Origin: Chiloscyllium plagiosum
Taxonomy: Eukaryota
Length of the DNA stretch: 64,000 bases
Assembly: GCF_004010195.1 (NCBI RefSeq)
Contig: NC_057726.1
Coordinates: forward strand, 51,493,745 to 51,557,744
Direction: 5' to 3'
Position numbers and translations under genes: made by a program. The notes beneath the pieces were generated by a model. That model was not told the origin of the DNA. It saw nothing but the letters and a program-made list of their open reading frames with translations, and did no database searches. Below are positions 49,098 through 61,436 of this stretch, in pieces. The first letter of the stretch is position 1, and each line of letters opens with the position of its first letter.

Positions 49098-50008
49098 AGA
49101 GTCATAGAGATGTACAGCATCGGTCCAACCAGATATCCCAATCCAATCTAGTCCCACCTGCCAGCACCCGGCCCATATCCCTCCAAACCCTTTCTATTCC
49201 TATACCCATCCAAATGCCTTTTAAATATTGCAATTGTATCAGCCTCCACCACTTCCTCTGGCACCTCATTCCATATACGTACCACCCTCTGTGTGAAACA
49301 GTTGACCCTTGGGTCTCTTTTATATCTTTCCCCGCTCACCCTAAACCTATGCCCTCTGGTTCTGGACTCCCCGACCCCAGGGAAAAGACCTTGTCTATTT
49401 ATCCTATCCATGTCCCTCATAATTTTGTAAACCTCTATAAGGTCCCCCTCAGCCTCTGACGCTCCAGGGAAAACAGCCCCAGCCTGTTCAGCATCTCCCT
49501 TTAGCTCAAATCCTCCAACCCTGGCAACATCCTTGTAAATCTTTTCTGAACCCTTTCAAGTTTTACAACATCTTTCTGATAGGAGGGAGACCAGAATTCA
49601 CACAATATTCCAACAGTGTCCTAACCAATGTCCTGTACAGCCGCAATATCACCTCCCAACTCTGACCAATAAAGGAAAGCATACCAAAGGCCGCCTTCAC
49701 TATCCTATCTACCTGCGACTCCACTTTCAAGGACCTATGAACCTGCATTCCAAGGTCCCTTTGTTCAGCAACACTACCTAGGACCTTACCATTAAGTGTA
49801 TAAGTCCTGCTGAGATTTGCTTTCCAAAAATGCAGCACCTCCCATTTATCTGAATTAAACCTCATCTGCTGCGTCTCAGCTCATTGGCCCATCTGGTCCA
49901 GATCCTGTTGTGATCTGAGGTAATCTTCTTTGCTGTCTACTACACCTCCAATTTTGGTGTCATCTGCAAACTTCCTAACTGTACCTCTTATGCTCGCATC
50001 CAAATCAT
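49098..50008 (-). mobile_element. CR1/HER1 LINE 3' ~0.9 kb
   Basis: Runs from FADDTKIGG to the 3' tail on the minus strand. Confidence 0.93.
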
Positions 50009-50437
50009 AAAGTAGAGGACTTGTGTCAGACTAACAGTTGTGTTTTTTTTTAAACTGCAAAACTAAAGGTAGGGGGAAAGATATTAAACAGGGTCACCAT
50101 GGTTTGGGTGTGTTGGGGATTGAAAAGAAATGAGGTGTATTTTTGAAATTCTAGTCTAAACACACTAAGCTTCAGTATATAATGAAAGTGGCATGTATTA
50201 GATTAATGAGCCTGGACATCAAATGTCTAGGTTTAACAAGACATTCTGGATGGACCAAGGCAAATCAACAACTGGTACTAATAAATTGTAACTGCCTGTA
50301 AGTTGAGATGGTTATTGCTCACTTCCAGCATGAGGAACTATTTCCTAACATGCACTTACTATTAGTTGTTATGATAATAGTCAAACTGTGTCTGCTACAT
50401 TTGTTCAGAGAAAGTGTTGTTTATCCTGTCCTTACAG

Positions 50438-50516
50438 TGCATACTTGCAAGTTCATCAGCTGGAGCTTGACAACTTAACAGCTCAGCTCAAAGATATGAA
50501 AAGAAATTCCAGATTG
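50438..50516 (+). CDS. RIPOR1: RIPOR1-like coding exon (79 nt, phase 2-0)
   Basis: cctgtccttacag|...agattg|gtgagt. Encodes (N)AYLQVHQLELDNLTAQLKDMKRNSRL, the RIPOR coiled-coil region. Confidence 0.94.
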
Positions 50517-51747
50517 GTGAGTAATGTTGCTTAAGTAACACCTGAAGTTGTGCAAAGGTGTTGGTTTTAATATGCAGTAATATTAGACCCTGTAATGTTC
50601 AATTAAAGATACAGTTGAGTCTTTATGTATGTCCCAGTACAAAAATTCTGACAGTTGCATTGTATTGTCTGATTTCAATAATAGTTTGTAAGATGCAAGG
50701 GCAAAAGCAGGCCATGCTGCCCATCGGTTCCACTGCACCATTCAATGAGATCAATTACACTTTCCTGCCTTTTCCCCATAACCCATGGTTCCCTTATTGA
50801 CTTAAAAATATGCCTATTCTCATCCATGAATATATTTAATGACCAAACCGTCATAGCCCCTGTGCTTCATCACCACCTGAGAAAGAAATTCTTCCTCTTG
50901 GAAGGGCAACATGTGTGGGCGCAGGCTTGGATGGCTGAAGGGCCTGTTCCTGTGTTGTATTCTTCTGTTGTTTGTTCCTCTCTTAAGAGGGCAACTCCTT
51001 TCTCTGAGATGATGCCCTCTGGTCCTAGATTCTCCCACAAGGAGAAATAGCCTTTCTGCATTGACCCCCTATCAATCCAATTTAGAATCTGATGTTTCAA
51101 TAAAGTCTCCTCCTCTCATTTATTCTCCTAAATTCCAATGAGTACAAGCTCAAGCTGCTCAGCCTCTCCTCAAAGAAAATCCCTCCACATCCAGGATCAA
51201 TGTCGCGAACTTTATCCGGACTGCCTCCAATTTTCTATCCATGCTAATATATCTAACCCCATAGTCTGTTATAGTATTAAGTAGCCAAGTGTGAACCATT
51301 ATTGAATGCCTTTTGGAAATTCAATATATCTTTCCTTAGATCAGGGATCAAAACTGTTCAGTATTTAAGTGTGGTCTAACTAGTGCCGTGTGTAGATTTA
51401 GCAAGTGTGTCTCGTTTTATACTCCATTGCATTTGAAATAAAGGGCAACATTTCATTTGCCTTCACTAATACCCACTGGACTTGGCCACCTTTTCTATGT
51501 GGTTCACTCACGATTTCTACCAAGTCTCTCTTTGCTTCAGCTTGCTGCAATATTTTCTCATTTAAAAAGTATTCTGTTCTTCTCTTCCTGCCAAATGCAT
51601 AACCTCACATTTTTATATTCCATCTGTCAAATCTTTGGCTTAATCTATCTGTATCCCTAAGTAGACGACTTATGTCAGCTTCATTATTTGCCTTCCCATT
51701 TACTTTTGTGTTGTCTGTAAATATGGTGACAGGACATTAATTTCTAT

Positions 51748-52035
51748 GGTGACAGGGTGGCTCCGTGGTTAGCACCGCTGTCTCACAGCACCAGGTACCC
51801 AGGTTCGATTCTACCTTTGGGCAACTGTCTGTGTTGCATATTCTTCCTGTGTCTGTGTGAACTTCCTCTGGGTGCTCCAGTTTCCTCCCACAATCCAAAG
51901 ATGTGCAGGCTAGGTAGATTAGCCATGCTAAATGTAGGAGTACAGGGATAGGGTCGGGGGGTAGATCTGGGTGAGGTGCTCTTTGGAAGGTCAGTGATGG
52001 GCCTAATAGCCTGTTGCCACACTTCTGGGTTTCTA
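51748..52035 (+). mobile_element. HE1-type V-SINE (diverged) nested in LINE
   Basis: ggtggctccgtggttagcacc head, ggttcgattc B box and V-domain. Confidence 0.88.
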
Positions 52036-53007
52036 TCAAAATCCAAATGATTAATATACTTTGTAAATAATTGTAGCTCCCAAAGATCCCCGTGATACTC
52101 CACTAGTTACAGTTTCCATTTTGAAAATGTCTCCTTTTATTCAATGTTCTATCTTCTATTAGTTAGCCAGTCCTCTATCCATACTAATAGATTACCTGTA
52201 ACACATGGATTGTTATCTTAAGTAGCCTTATGTGTAGTACGTTATTGAATACCTTTTGGAGATCCAAATGTTATATCTTCTGGTTCCCCTGTATGTATCC
52301 TGCTTGTTACCACCTCAGGGAGCTGTAGTAAAGTTTATCAGGCATGATTCACCTTTCGTGAAGCCATGCTGACTCTCCAGGTTATATTATGTGTTTATAG
52401 ATATTCTGCTATTACATCCTTTATTTTAGTCTAATATTTCCCCAATGATGTACATTAAGCTTACTGGCCTATCATTACCTGCGTTTTTAAAATTTTCCTC
52501 CCTTTTTAAATGTTGTTACTTTAGTAATTTTCCTATCCACTGGGACTTTTCCAGAATCTAAGGATTTTTAGAGGATTATAACCAGTGCATCCACTATCTT
52601 TGTAACTAATTCCTTAATATCTCCAGAAGCAGTCAGTCAGGTCCAGGAACATATTGCCTTTAGTCCCTTCTCTAATGATACCTATTGTGTTTATGCTTCC
52701 TCCCCTCCCCCTTGATTATCTCGTATTTTGTCTTACTATTTATATCCTCGATCATGAAGACTGATGCAAAACATTTTTTCAACTCATTTGCCATTCCCTG
52801 GCTTTCCCTTATTTTCCCAGCCTCATTCTGTAAGGGCTTTATCTTGCCTCTCTTTTCTTTTTATATCTTTAAATAAACTTTTATTGTCTGTTTTTTGTAT
52901 TATATGCTAGTTTGCCCTCATAATTTATTTTTTTCCTTCCTCGTTATTTTCTGGTCTTTTTTTGTTGTTGGTTTTGAAACTTCTGCTTTTGAAGTTCTGC
53001 TTCTCCA

Positions 53008-53298
53008 GACTGCTTCTGGAGATATTAAGGAATTAGTTACAAAGATAGTGGATGCACTGGTTATAATCCTCTAAAAATCCTTAGATTCTGGAAAAGTCCC
53101 AGTGGATAGGAAAATTACTAAAGTAACAACATTTAAAAAGGGAGGAAAATTTTAAAAACGCAGGTAATGATAGGCCAGTAAGCTTAATGTACATCATTGG
53201 GGAAATATTAGACTAAAATAAAGGATGTAATAGCAGAATATCTATAAACACATAATATAACCTGGAGAGTCAGCATGGCTTCACGAAAGGTGAATCAT
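53008..53298 (-). repeat. 291-bp inverted duplicate of 52344-52634
   Basis: Reverse-complement match; no mismatch found by eye. Confidence 0.93.
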
Positions 53299-53501
53299 CC
53301 TCTGATTTACCACTAAGCTTTGCCAAATTTTCTTTCAATTTGATATTTTCCTTAACTTCCCTGATTAACATTAGGTTTTTCCCCTTCTTAGAATCCTTTT
53401 TCCTCACTGTGATAGATCTTTGTTGTGAGTCATGAGCTATTTTTTAAAATGTCAACTAATATTCATCAACCATTTTTTTCTGCTAAACTTCCAGTACATT
53501 C

Positions 53502-53625
53502 CAGGTAAAAACAATGACTGCAGATGCTGGAGACCAGATTCTGGATTAGTGGTGCTGGAAGAGCACAGCAGTTCAGGCAGCATCCGAGGAGCAGTAAAAT
53601 CGACGTTTCGGGCAAATTTTGTGCT
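53502..53625 (-). mobile_element. PLE-derived family A short element with 14-bp TSD
   Basis: cttccagtacattc at 53488-53501 and 53626-53639; truncated within hammerhead stem II. Confidence 0.88.
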
Positions 53626-53814
53626 CTTCCAGTACATTCTAGCCAACTCTGCCCTTATTCCCATGAATTACTCTTATTTAAGTTTAGCACAATTTTTCCT
53701 CACTCAGGTTTTTAACTCACAAGCAGAATGCTAAATGCTACCATGTTATTGTCACTGTATAGGATATCTTTTATTCTGAGATCATGTTTTAAACATGCCT
53801 AGTATGTTGTAGTA

Positions 53815-53910
53815 TAATTCATGGGAATAAGGGCAGGATTGGCTAGAATGTACTGGACGTTTAGCAGAAAAAATGGTTGAATATTAGTTGACATTTTAAA
53901 AAAAGATAGC
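53815..53910 (-). repeat. ~96-bp inverted duplicate of 53436-53670 lacking the PLE insert
   Basis: The reverse complement reads ...tgctaaacgtccagtacattctagccaatcctgcccttattcccatgaatta, with a single copy of the TSD. Confidence 0.88.
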
Positions 53911-54042
53911 CCAATTTGCCGTTTGGATCCTCAACAGATTAATATAGGAATCTGTCCCCAGTGCACTCTATAGATTTTTCCTCATGGCTGCATTTGCCAG
54001 TTTGTCTGTTCTAATCTATATGAAGTCATCCCTAATTAATGT

Positions 54043-54172
54043 GTGATGTGGAGAAGCCAATGTTGGACTGGGGTAGAAGTTTCAAAATCATACAACGGGT
54101 TATAGTCCAACAGGTTTATTTGGAAATGCTAGCTTTCGGAGTGCTGCTCCTTCATCATGTGGTTGCCAGATG
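54043..54172 (-). mobile_element. PLE-derived family C single arm with 8-bp TSD
   Basis: attaatgt at 54035-54042 and 54173-54180. The minus strand reads ccacatgatgaaggagcagcactccgaaagctag (core C changed to A). Confidence 0.82.
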
Positions 54173-54716
54173 ATTAATGTAATACCTTTCTTACGTGGCC
54201 CTTTGAATAACTTGAAAAAAATACAAGATTTATATTTATATATTGCAATGATAAATCTTTTTGAAATTGCACTGGTGTTCATAAACTTGTGTTTAGTTAA
54301 CAAAGGACTTAAACAAACAGTTACTTTGTTAATTTGAAGCTTGAGATACAATGGAATGTGCAGAAACTCGCTGCACAAGTGGATTGGTCTTTCGCTTTGC
54401 TTTCAGTCCCAGTTACACGTGTCCCATAAATTAAGTTTCCAAATTTCGCAAGACAGAAATATTTTGTAATACATGGTTACTTGACACCAATTCCATTTCA
54501 ATTTTTAGAATCAGGTGAATAATTTATAAACAAGCTTTAAAATTTTGCCTGAGATTTTCATGTTAAAATGAATATTGAAATAGAATTGTGACTTTCCTTT
54601 TGAAACAATGATTTTTATTTCCCTTGCATTTTGAATGTCACCAATTTCTACTTCTGTACGTTGTATTCAGTTTATAAGAAGTGTCCATTATAACTCTTCT
54701 TTCTTTTTGTTTTTAG

Positions 54717-54740
54717 GGATTTCTATATGATCTTGACAAG
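54717..54740 (+). CDS. RIPOR1: RIPOR1-like 24-nt microexon (GFLYDLDK)
   Basis: Long U-rich tract ending ttttag|ggatttctatatgatcttgacaag|gtatga. The peptide matches RIPOR1 GFLYDLDK; phase 0-0. Confidence 0.92.
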
Positions 54741-55180
54741 GTATGAGGTTTCAGTATTGCTTGCTTTCTAACATGAGTTGACATAATGAATTGAATAAAT
54801 GTGGGTTAGTCCAAATAACCTTGGTTTCGCAAAGGCAAACATAGAAACTTGTCAAGTATGTTTACTTGTTCAAAACAAATGTACAAACAATGACACAAAC
54901 AGATCTGTGATTCTTAAATTCTATCTCTTTTGCTCTAGTTACCTGTCTGCACATTGTTCATTGCTGTCCTGCCCAAGACCACCCACCTTGTTACTGAATA
55001 AAAGCCTTTTGGCATTCAAAACTTTTAGTTAGACTACTGGGGGGGTGGTAGGTGTAGGTTCTGAGTAAAAGCTATTGTAAATTTAAAGAAGGACGCTATT
55101 TCATGTTAACTGTTGGTAAACAACTTTATTCCTGCTTCATTGCCAGTGCTCCTCTCTGACTGGGCTGTACTAAATGTCTA

Positions 55181-55338
55181 GGGCTGAAAATGTGTTGCTG
55201 GAAAAGCGCAGCAGGTCAGGCAGCATCCAAGGAGCAGGACACTCTACGTTTCTGGCATGAGCCCTTCTTCAGTGCTTTTGTTTTTCCAGCAATACATTTT
55301 CAGCTCTGATCTCCAGCATCTGCAGTCCTCACTTTCTC
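55181..55338. mobile_element. PLE-derived family A fold-back element with 16-bp TSD
   Basis: ctgtactaaatgtcta at 55165-55180 and 55339-55354; arms gctgaaaatgtgttgctggaaaa / ttttccagcaatacattttcagc. Confidence 0.9.
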
Positions 55339-55736
55339 CTGTACTAAATGTCTAACAAAGTGTTGGTCTTAACTGGCCTTTTCTGTTTACTTTATTTCTC
55401 ACATTTTCCTAAAACAAACTTTCTTTGAGAACATTCTATCTTTCCCATGCAGCATAAATCTGAAATTTGTTTCCAGAATTATGTGCAAATTTGCTGCATT
55501 CTGTGAAACGTTTGTGCTATTCATGATTTGGATATATCGCTGACTGTGAGTACATAGTGAATTATACATACTCTTGTACTGGAAAATATGAATAAAAATT
55601 TAGATTGATTTAAGCATAAAGGCATCTCCAGTTTGTTTAATGTGCTTCCAATAAAAGACTTGCCAAGTCTGTTTAACATTTTCTCTCACTCTCTGTCTCT
55701 CTCTCTCTCTCTCCCCTTTTTGCCGCCTCCTGACAG

Positions 55737-55790
55737 CAAATCAAGTCAATTGAAAGGTTTATCCGGAGACTGGAGTTTCACGTTAGTAAG
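55737..55790 (+). CDS. RIPOR1: RIPOR1-like coding exon (54 nt, QIKSIERFIRRLEFHVSK)
   Basis: (CT)n tract then tgacag|...agtaag|gtaaga. Matches the RIPOR QxKsIERfxRRLEFHxSK motif; phase 0-0. Confidence 0.94.
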
Positions 55791-57537
55791 GTAAGAAACT
55801 ACAAAATGGTCAGTTCCTCGCCCCTACTTGGGGTCTCAACCCTCTTTGGATTCAACCTGGCTTGATACCTTCCACAACAGTTATAACTTGTATACTTTCA
55901 TCATAATGTGTTTTGCAACAAAATAAAATCAATACTTGAATGCTTTTCTTATGGCTAAAAGGTTACTATTGTAGCATGTTTTGGCTGGAAAGTTTAAATT
56001 GTTTACACAGGTTTTCCTTTGACTTTGACATATCAGATAATCCAGCTTGTGTTCTCATCAGCCCAAAAGTTGGCAGTTGGGAAGGCATCTCGTATATATT
56101 TATTGGACGCAAGTGTCTTGTGTTCTCACAATATACGTGGTTTGACTTGTGTTTTTATTATGTTTCTATCTATGAAAACTAATAATGACAGGAGGCTGTA
56201 CATCAAAAAATATCTAATGCCGATACAGCCACACTTTGTGCTCACTGCAGGTCACCTTCTCAATGAACCGTATGTTTTGTAGGTCTTTAACCTGAAGTGA
56301 TAGATGGTATTTTGTTGGCATGGCTGTTGGGCTTAATTTTAATGTATGCTTATCTGCTTAAGGGCTCAATTTTAAAACAAAGTTGCTTCTTCATTCTGCT
56401 GTTTGTTTGTTTGTTAACTTCCGGGTTATTGTAGATCATTTCTCATCAACCTGTTCGTGATATTATTACATACCTCTAGTGCAGGTCCGACTTGAACTTG
56501 GCCTTCTTATGGGCCTGGTCTACTCTTGTGGCCCACTACAATGTGCCACAACAGCCCTTCCTGCCTGTTGCAGATATTAGTTCTATATCTATGATAAAGC
56601 AATGTGTCTCTAATTAAACAATTGGATAATTGCTAAAGTTGTATTATACTGCTCAACAAATATAAGTAAAAGTTGACCATTCATTGTATAAGCAATATTA
56701 TATGGACACTGAAAATCAAGAGGTGGTTTTCTATGGTGGAAAGGATTGAATAAGTGGCTAATATCTGTGATTTAAAAAAGAAAGCAGGTTGGGTTCAGTG
56801 TCTGCCATTTTGTGGAATATATTGCGGATGCAACAGAGTCATCCACTGGAATATCATAGGATAAATTTCTATCAAAGTATAGCTATTTGCTTTTGATAAT
56901 AATGTATAAACATTTTGTACTAACCTTTCTGGATAGGACTTAGACTTCTGAATTTCTGAAAAAGGTCCCTTTGGCTTTGAGCTGGCTCATTTACAATTGA
57001 AATGTGAAATTTTGAAACTTCCTGGTGGGCATCAATGTGCAGGAGGCCTAGAGTGAAGCTTGGGCCTGGTAAAGCCATATTTGAGTTTCAAAAGGTTTAG
57101 AAATGAAGAGTTTAAGTTTCATAGTCACTTGCTTCCAGTGCTGTGTTTGTCCACATGAAATTGTAATTTTAGGAGCTGATCTATTCAGTTAGGCAATTAT
57201 TCCATGAATCTTGTTTTTCTTCTCATTTTTATTTTGAATCTTGTTTACCAGAGTTCACTGGGCAGTGAGCTGTTTTTGTTTTTTGGAATATTTTTCTGCC
57301 TGTACTTTGGTTGCAGCAGCCAACATTAACAAAACAATGAGGTGGCACCATATAAAACGCTGCCAATAAAAACCAGTCTTGGAATATTCTGGTGTATCGC
57401 CTGAGTGTGTGTGTGTGTGTGTGCGTGTGCGCGTGCATATATACAAATACATGAGGGGGTGTTTCAAAGGAGACTGTGTCTTTACTGGTCAACCTCACAA
57501 AATGGACAGTATGCACCTCCAGAAAATATAGATTATA

Positions 57538-57826
57538 TGATTAGATTCCCTACAGTGTGGAAACAGGCCCTTTGGCCCCACAAGTCCACACTCACCCTCC
57601 AAAGAGTAACCCACCCCCCTCTGACTAATGCACCTAATACAATTTAGCATGGCCAATTCACCTGACCTGCACATCTTTGGATTGTGGGAGGAAACCGGAG
57701 CACATGGAGGAAACCCACGCCAATACTGGGAGAATGTGCAAACTCCACACCGACAGTCACCCAAAGCTGGAATCGAACCTGGCGCTGTGAGGCAGCGGTG
57801 CTAACCACTGAGCCACCATGCTGCCC
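57538..57826 (-). mobile_element. HE1-type V-SINE
   Basis: Reverse head ggggcagcatggtggctcagtggttagc and V-domain. Confidence 0.92.
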
Positions 57827-58459
57827 CTATATCGTTTATAAGAACTCCTCGCCTTCCCAAAGAAGTGAGGGTCACCATGTTTTCATGACTCTTGTATGGA
57901 GAGCAAGTAGTTTGTGCCATCAGCAGTGCTCCCTCTTGAATTGGAGTGTGTGTGGTAGTCACTCTGAATGAGGAGGGCACTTGATCATGGCAAGAGTTTG
58001 TCCTTTTCATTTTTTAATCATAGGGAGGCTGTTGTGTTGCAGCTGCCGTACAGTTCCCATTGATCGGGAACTCTCCTGTTTTTACTGACTGTTATTGGCA
58101 GAACGGAAGTATTGACAGATTAATGATCAGTCTGTTTGGCTCCATTATGATGCACCTTCCATGGCCAATCAGTCCACTGGGAACTTGAACCCAGCGCTTC
58201 TGGCCCAGAGGGAGAAACAGTACTTTTTCCCAAGATGAAAACTTTTTGAAAACATAAGTCAAAACAACTACACTTCCAATAAATATTTTGGATGCCTTTC
58301 CAATAGCAAGCTTCTGGGATGAGGTGTAAGCATCTGAAAGAATTGAGGAATGCCTTAAGCACCACCCACTATTACAACAACATTCAGACTTGAGGGAGAA
58401 AATAGCTTAAGAAGCCAAGTTTTGGTAACGTGACTGGCTCTGCTATAATGGGGGGGATG

Positions 58460-60735
58460 TCAGGTTCCAAGCAATCAATTGTAATAGGGACCTTATTGGT
58501 CTAGGGCATGAATGGACATCTCTACAGCCGTCAGCAAGACATCAGGCTATTATGTTGCCTCCTAGTTCCAGGGACAAGGATGTCTCTATGTGGGTGCAGA
58601 ATATACTGAAAGGAGAGAGTGACCAGCAGGAGGTTGTTGTGCACATTGGTACCAACGATATAAGTATGGAACGGGATGAGGTTCTCAGAGACAATATAGG
58701 AAACTAAGCACAAGGTTAAAAACTAGATCCTCAAGGGTAGTACTGGTGCCAGTGCTAATGAGGGTTGGGATAGGAGGATAGAGTGGATGAATGTGTGGCT
58801 GAGGAGCTGGTACAGGGGGCAGGCATTCACATTTTTGGATCATTGGAATCTTTTCACTGGCAGAAGTGACCTGTACAAGAGGGATGGGTTCCATCTGAAT
58901 TAGAAATTCAACATGATAGTGAGAAAATAGAAACGGCTGGGGTTGGTACAGTGAATATGCAGAGCAAGTCAAAAAGTCAAGGCAGACAGGAGGTTGGCAG
59001 AGATTGAGGCAAGACTGATAAATTAAACTGCATTTACTTCAATGCAGAAGCTTGACAGGTAGGGCAGATGAACTCAGCATGGTTGGGAAAATGGGACTGA
59101 GCTATCATAGCCATTACAGAAATGTGGCTCAGGGATGGGCAGACTGGCAGCTTAGTTCCAGGATATAGATGTTATCAGGAGGATAGGAAGGAAGGCAAAG
59201 AGAGGAGTGGGAGTGGTGTTTTTGGGTAGGATTAATCTTGCAGCTATACTTAGGAAAGATATCTCTGGGCGATCATCTAGTGAAGTTATATGGGTGAAAC
59301 TGTGAAATGAGAAAACGAAGATTATCTCATTGAGATTGTACCATAGGCTCCCCATGAGTCAGTGGGAAATTGAGAAACAAGTATATAAGATGATTTCAGA
59401 TATCTGTAAGGATAATAGAGTTGTAATGGTAAGGGATTTTAACTTTCCAGACATAGATTGGGACTGTCACAATGTTCAGAGCTTGGATGGAGGAATTTAA
59501 GTATGTACAAGAAAACTTTATTCTTCAATATATTGATGAACCTCCTACAGAAGGAGCAACACTTGATTGACCTTCTGTTGGGAAATATGGCAGGGCAAGT
59601 TATGGAGGTGTCAGTGGGGGAGCACTTTGGGGCAAGTGATCATAATTGTATTAATTTTAAAATAGTTGTGGAAATGGATAGGACTGAGTAAAAAGTTAAG
59701 GGTCTAAATTGGAGTAAGGCCAATTTTGACAATATTAGACAGGAACTTTCAACAGTAGCTTGGTTAAAGCTATTTGCAGGTAAAGGGAGGTTGGGAAGTG
59801 GAAGGCCTTTAAAAGTTAAGTAACAAAAGTTCAGATATTCCCGTTAATGTGAAGGGCAAGGCTGGTGGCTGTAGAGAATGATAAATAACTAGAGAAATTG
59901 AGGCTCTGGTCAAAAAAAGGAAGAAGCATATGCCAGGTATAGACAGCTTGGATCAAGTGGATCCCTGGAGGAGTATAAGGGCAGTGGGAGGGAAATCAGG
60001 AAGGCAAAAAAATGACACAAGATATCTTTGGCAAATAGGGTTAAGGAGAATCCATGGAAATTCCATAAGCACATTAACAGCAATAGAGTAACTAGGCAGA
60101 GAATAGGACCCCTTAAAGGTTAGTGTGGCTGTCTATCTCTGGAACCAAAAGAGATGGGTGAGAAATTAAACAAATATTTCATGTCAGTCCTTATTATGGC
60201 GATGGGCAAAGTTAGGGTACTTTGGAAATAAATAGTGATGTCTTGAAAATAGTTCATATTACAGAGGAAAAGGTGCTGGGGGTCTTAAAACATATAGATA
60301 AATCCTCAGAACTTTGTGGGAAGTTGCATCCTTTGCTGAGATATTTGTACCATCAACAGCCAAAGGTGAGGTGCTGGAAGACTGTAGAGTCGCTAATCTG
60401 GTGCCATTACTTAAGAAAGGCTGTATGGAAATTCCAGAGAACTATAGATCAGTGAGCCTCATGTCACTGCTGGGTAAGTTGTTGGAGGAGATTCTGAGGG
60501 ACAGGATTTTATATGCATTTGTAAAGGCAAGAATTGATTAAGGATAGTCAACATAGCTTTGAGCTTGGGAAATTGTCTCTCACTGACTTGATTGAGTTTT
60601 TTGAAGAGGTGATAAAGAAAATTGATTTAAGGCATAATGGTAGACATCGTCTACATTGACTTAAGCAGACAACAAGGTTCTGCATGACAGACTGATTAGT
60701 AAGGTTAGATCACATTGGACCTGGGAGGAGCTAGC
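58460..60735 (+). mobile_element. CR1/HER1 LINE 5' and middle part: ORF1 esterase, AP endonuclease and start of RT (decayed)
   Basis: VQNILKGESDQQEVVVHIGTNDI (SGNH esterase-like ORF1), the ITE.W-like gccattacagaaatgtgg, DFNFPDIDW, SDHN and PENYRSVSL motifs. Confidence 0.9.
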
Positions 60736-61436
60736 CTGGTAACTCTGTTTTTGAAACCTGTAAACTTTTAAAATGTTTCTCCTTGCCCACAAGGGATTTC
60801 AGCTTTACTCACAGAACCTCCAGTGTTTATTTGCTCTGAGCCTCAATTTGGGACCTTCCTAAAGTCTGTCGACACCCAGTTCGTTCTGTAATTATTTTCG
60901 TGCGACTAGTATTCCAGTTTAGGGTTCCTAGTTCACACTCGCAGTTGCATGTCCCTCAACAGGTCTGAATATGTTTTTAAACGTAGACTGTAAATTCTGC
61001 CTTGATGAATCTTGCAACAAAGTTCTCTTCTGTAGGGTTCTTGAATATTCAGTTCTTTGAGCTGCTGACTGTCTCAATGAGCAGTCTTCTTGAAGCTGTG
61101 TCCAAAGATGCCCTGAGAACTCCAATGTTGCTAATTCACAGGAGGCAGCTAAGTGGAGTATGTACCACTCTGCACCAGGTTATAAGATGAGTCCTCACCA
61201 CATGTATGGGCTACCTGGTGTATTTGTGGCACACTAGCCTGTTTCCTGTAGGGATCTACAGGGCTTTCTTCATACAGCATTATCACGACTAGCCTAACTA
61301 GAAGAGACTTCAGTCTTGAATAAGACATGGTTTATTGTGTAGACAGCAAGTTACCAAGTCACATTAATGAGGTAGATATCGTTACACAGACAATGAGGAG
61401 TCCCAGATGGTAGGTCCTCTTACTCCTTCAAGATAG

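Larger units (their letters stand above)
50690..54030 (-). mobile_element. Older CR1-type LINE, decayed, with nested SINE and PLE insertions and internal templated duplications
   Basis: Minus-strand remnants (GESRTRGH, QHGF-like aagccatgctgact, KAF-like gccttttgga) are continuous across the insertions. Confidence 0.8.
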
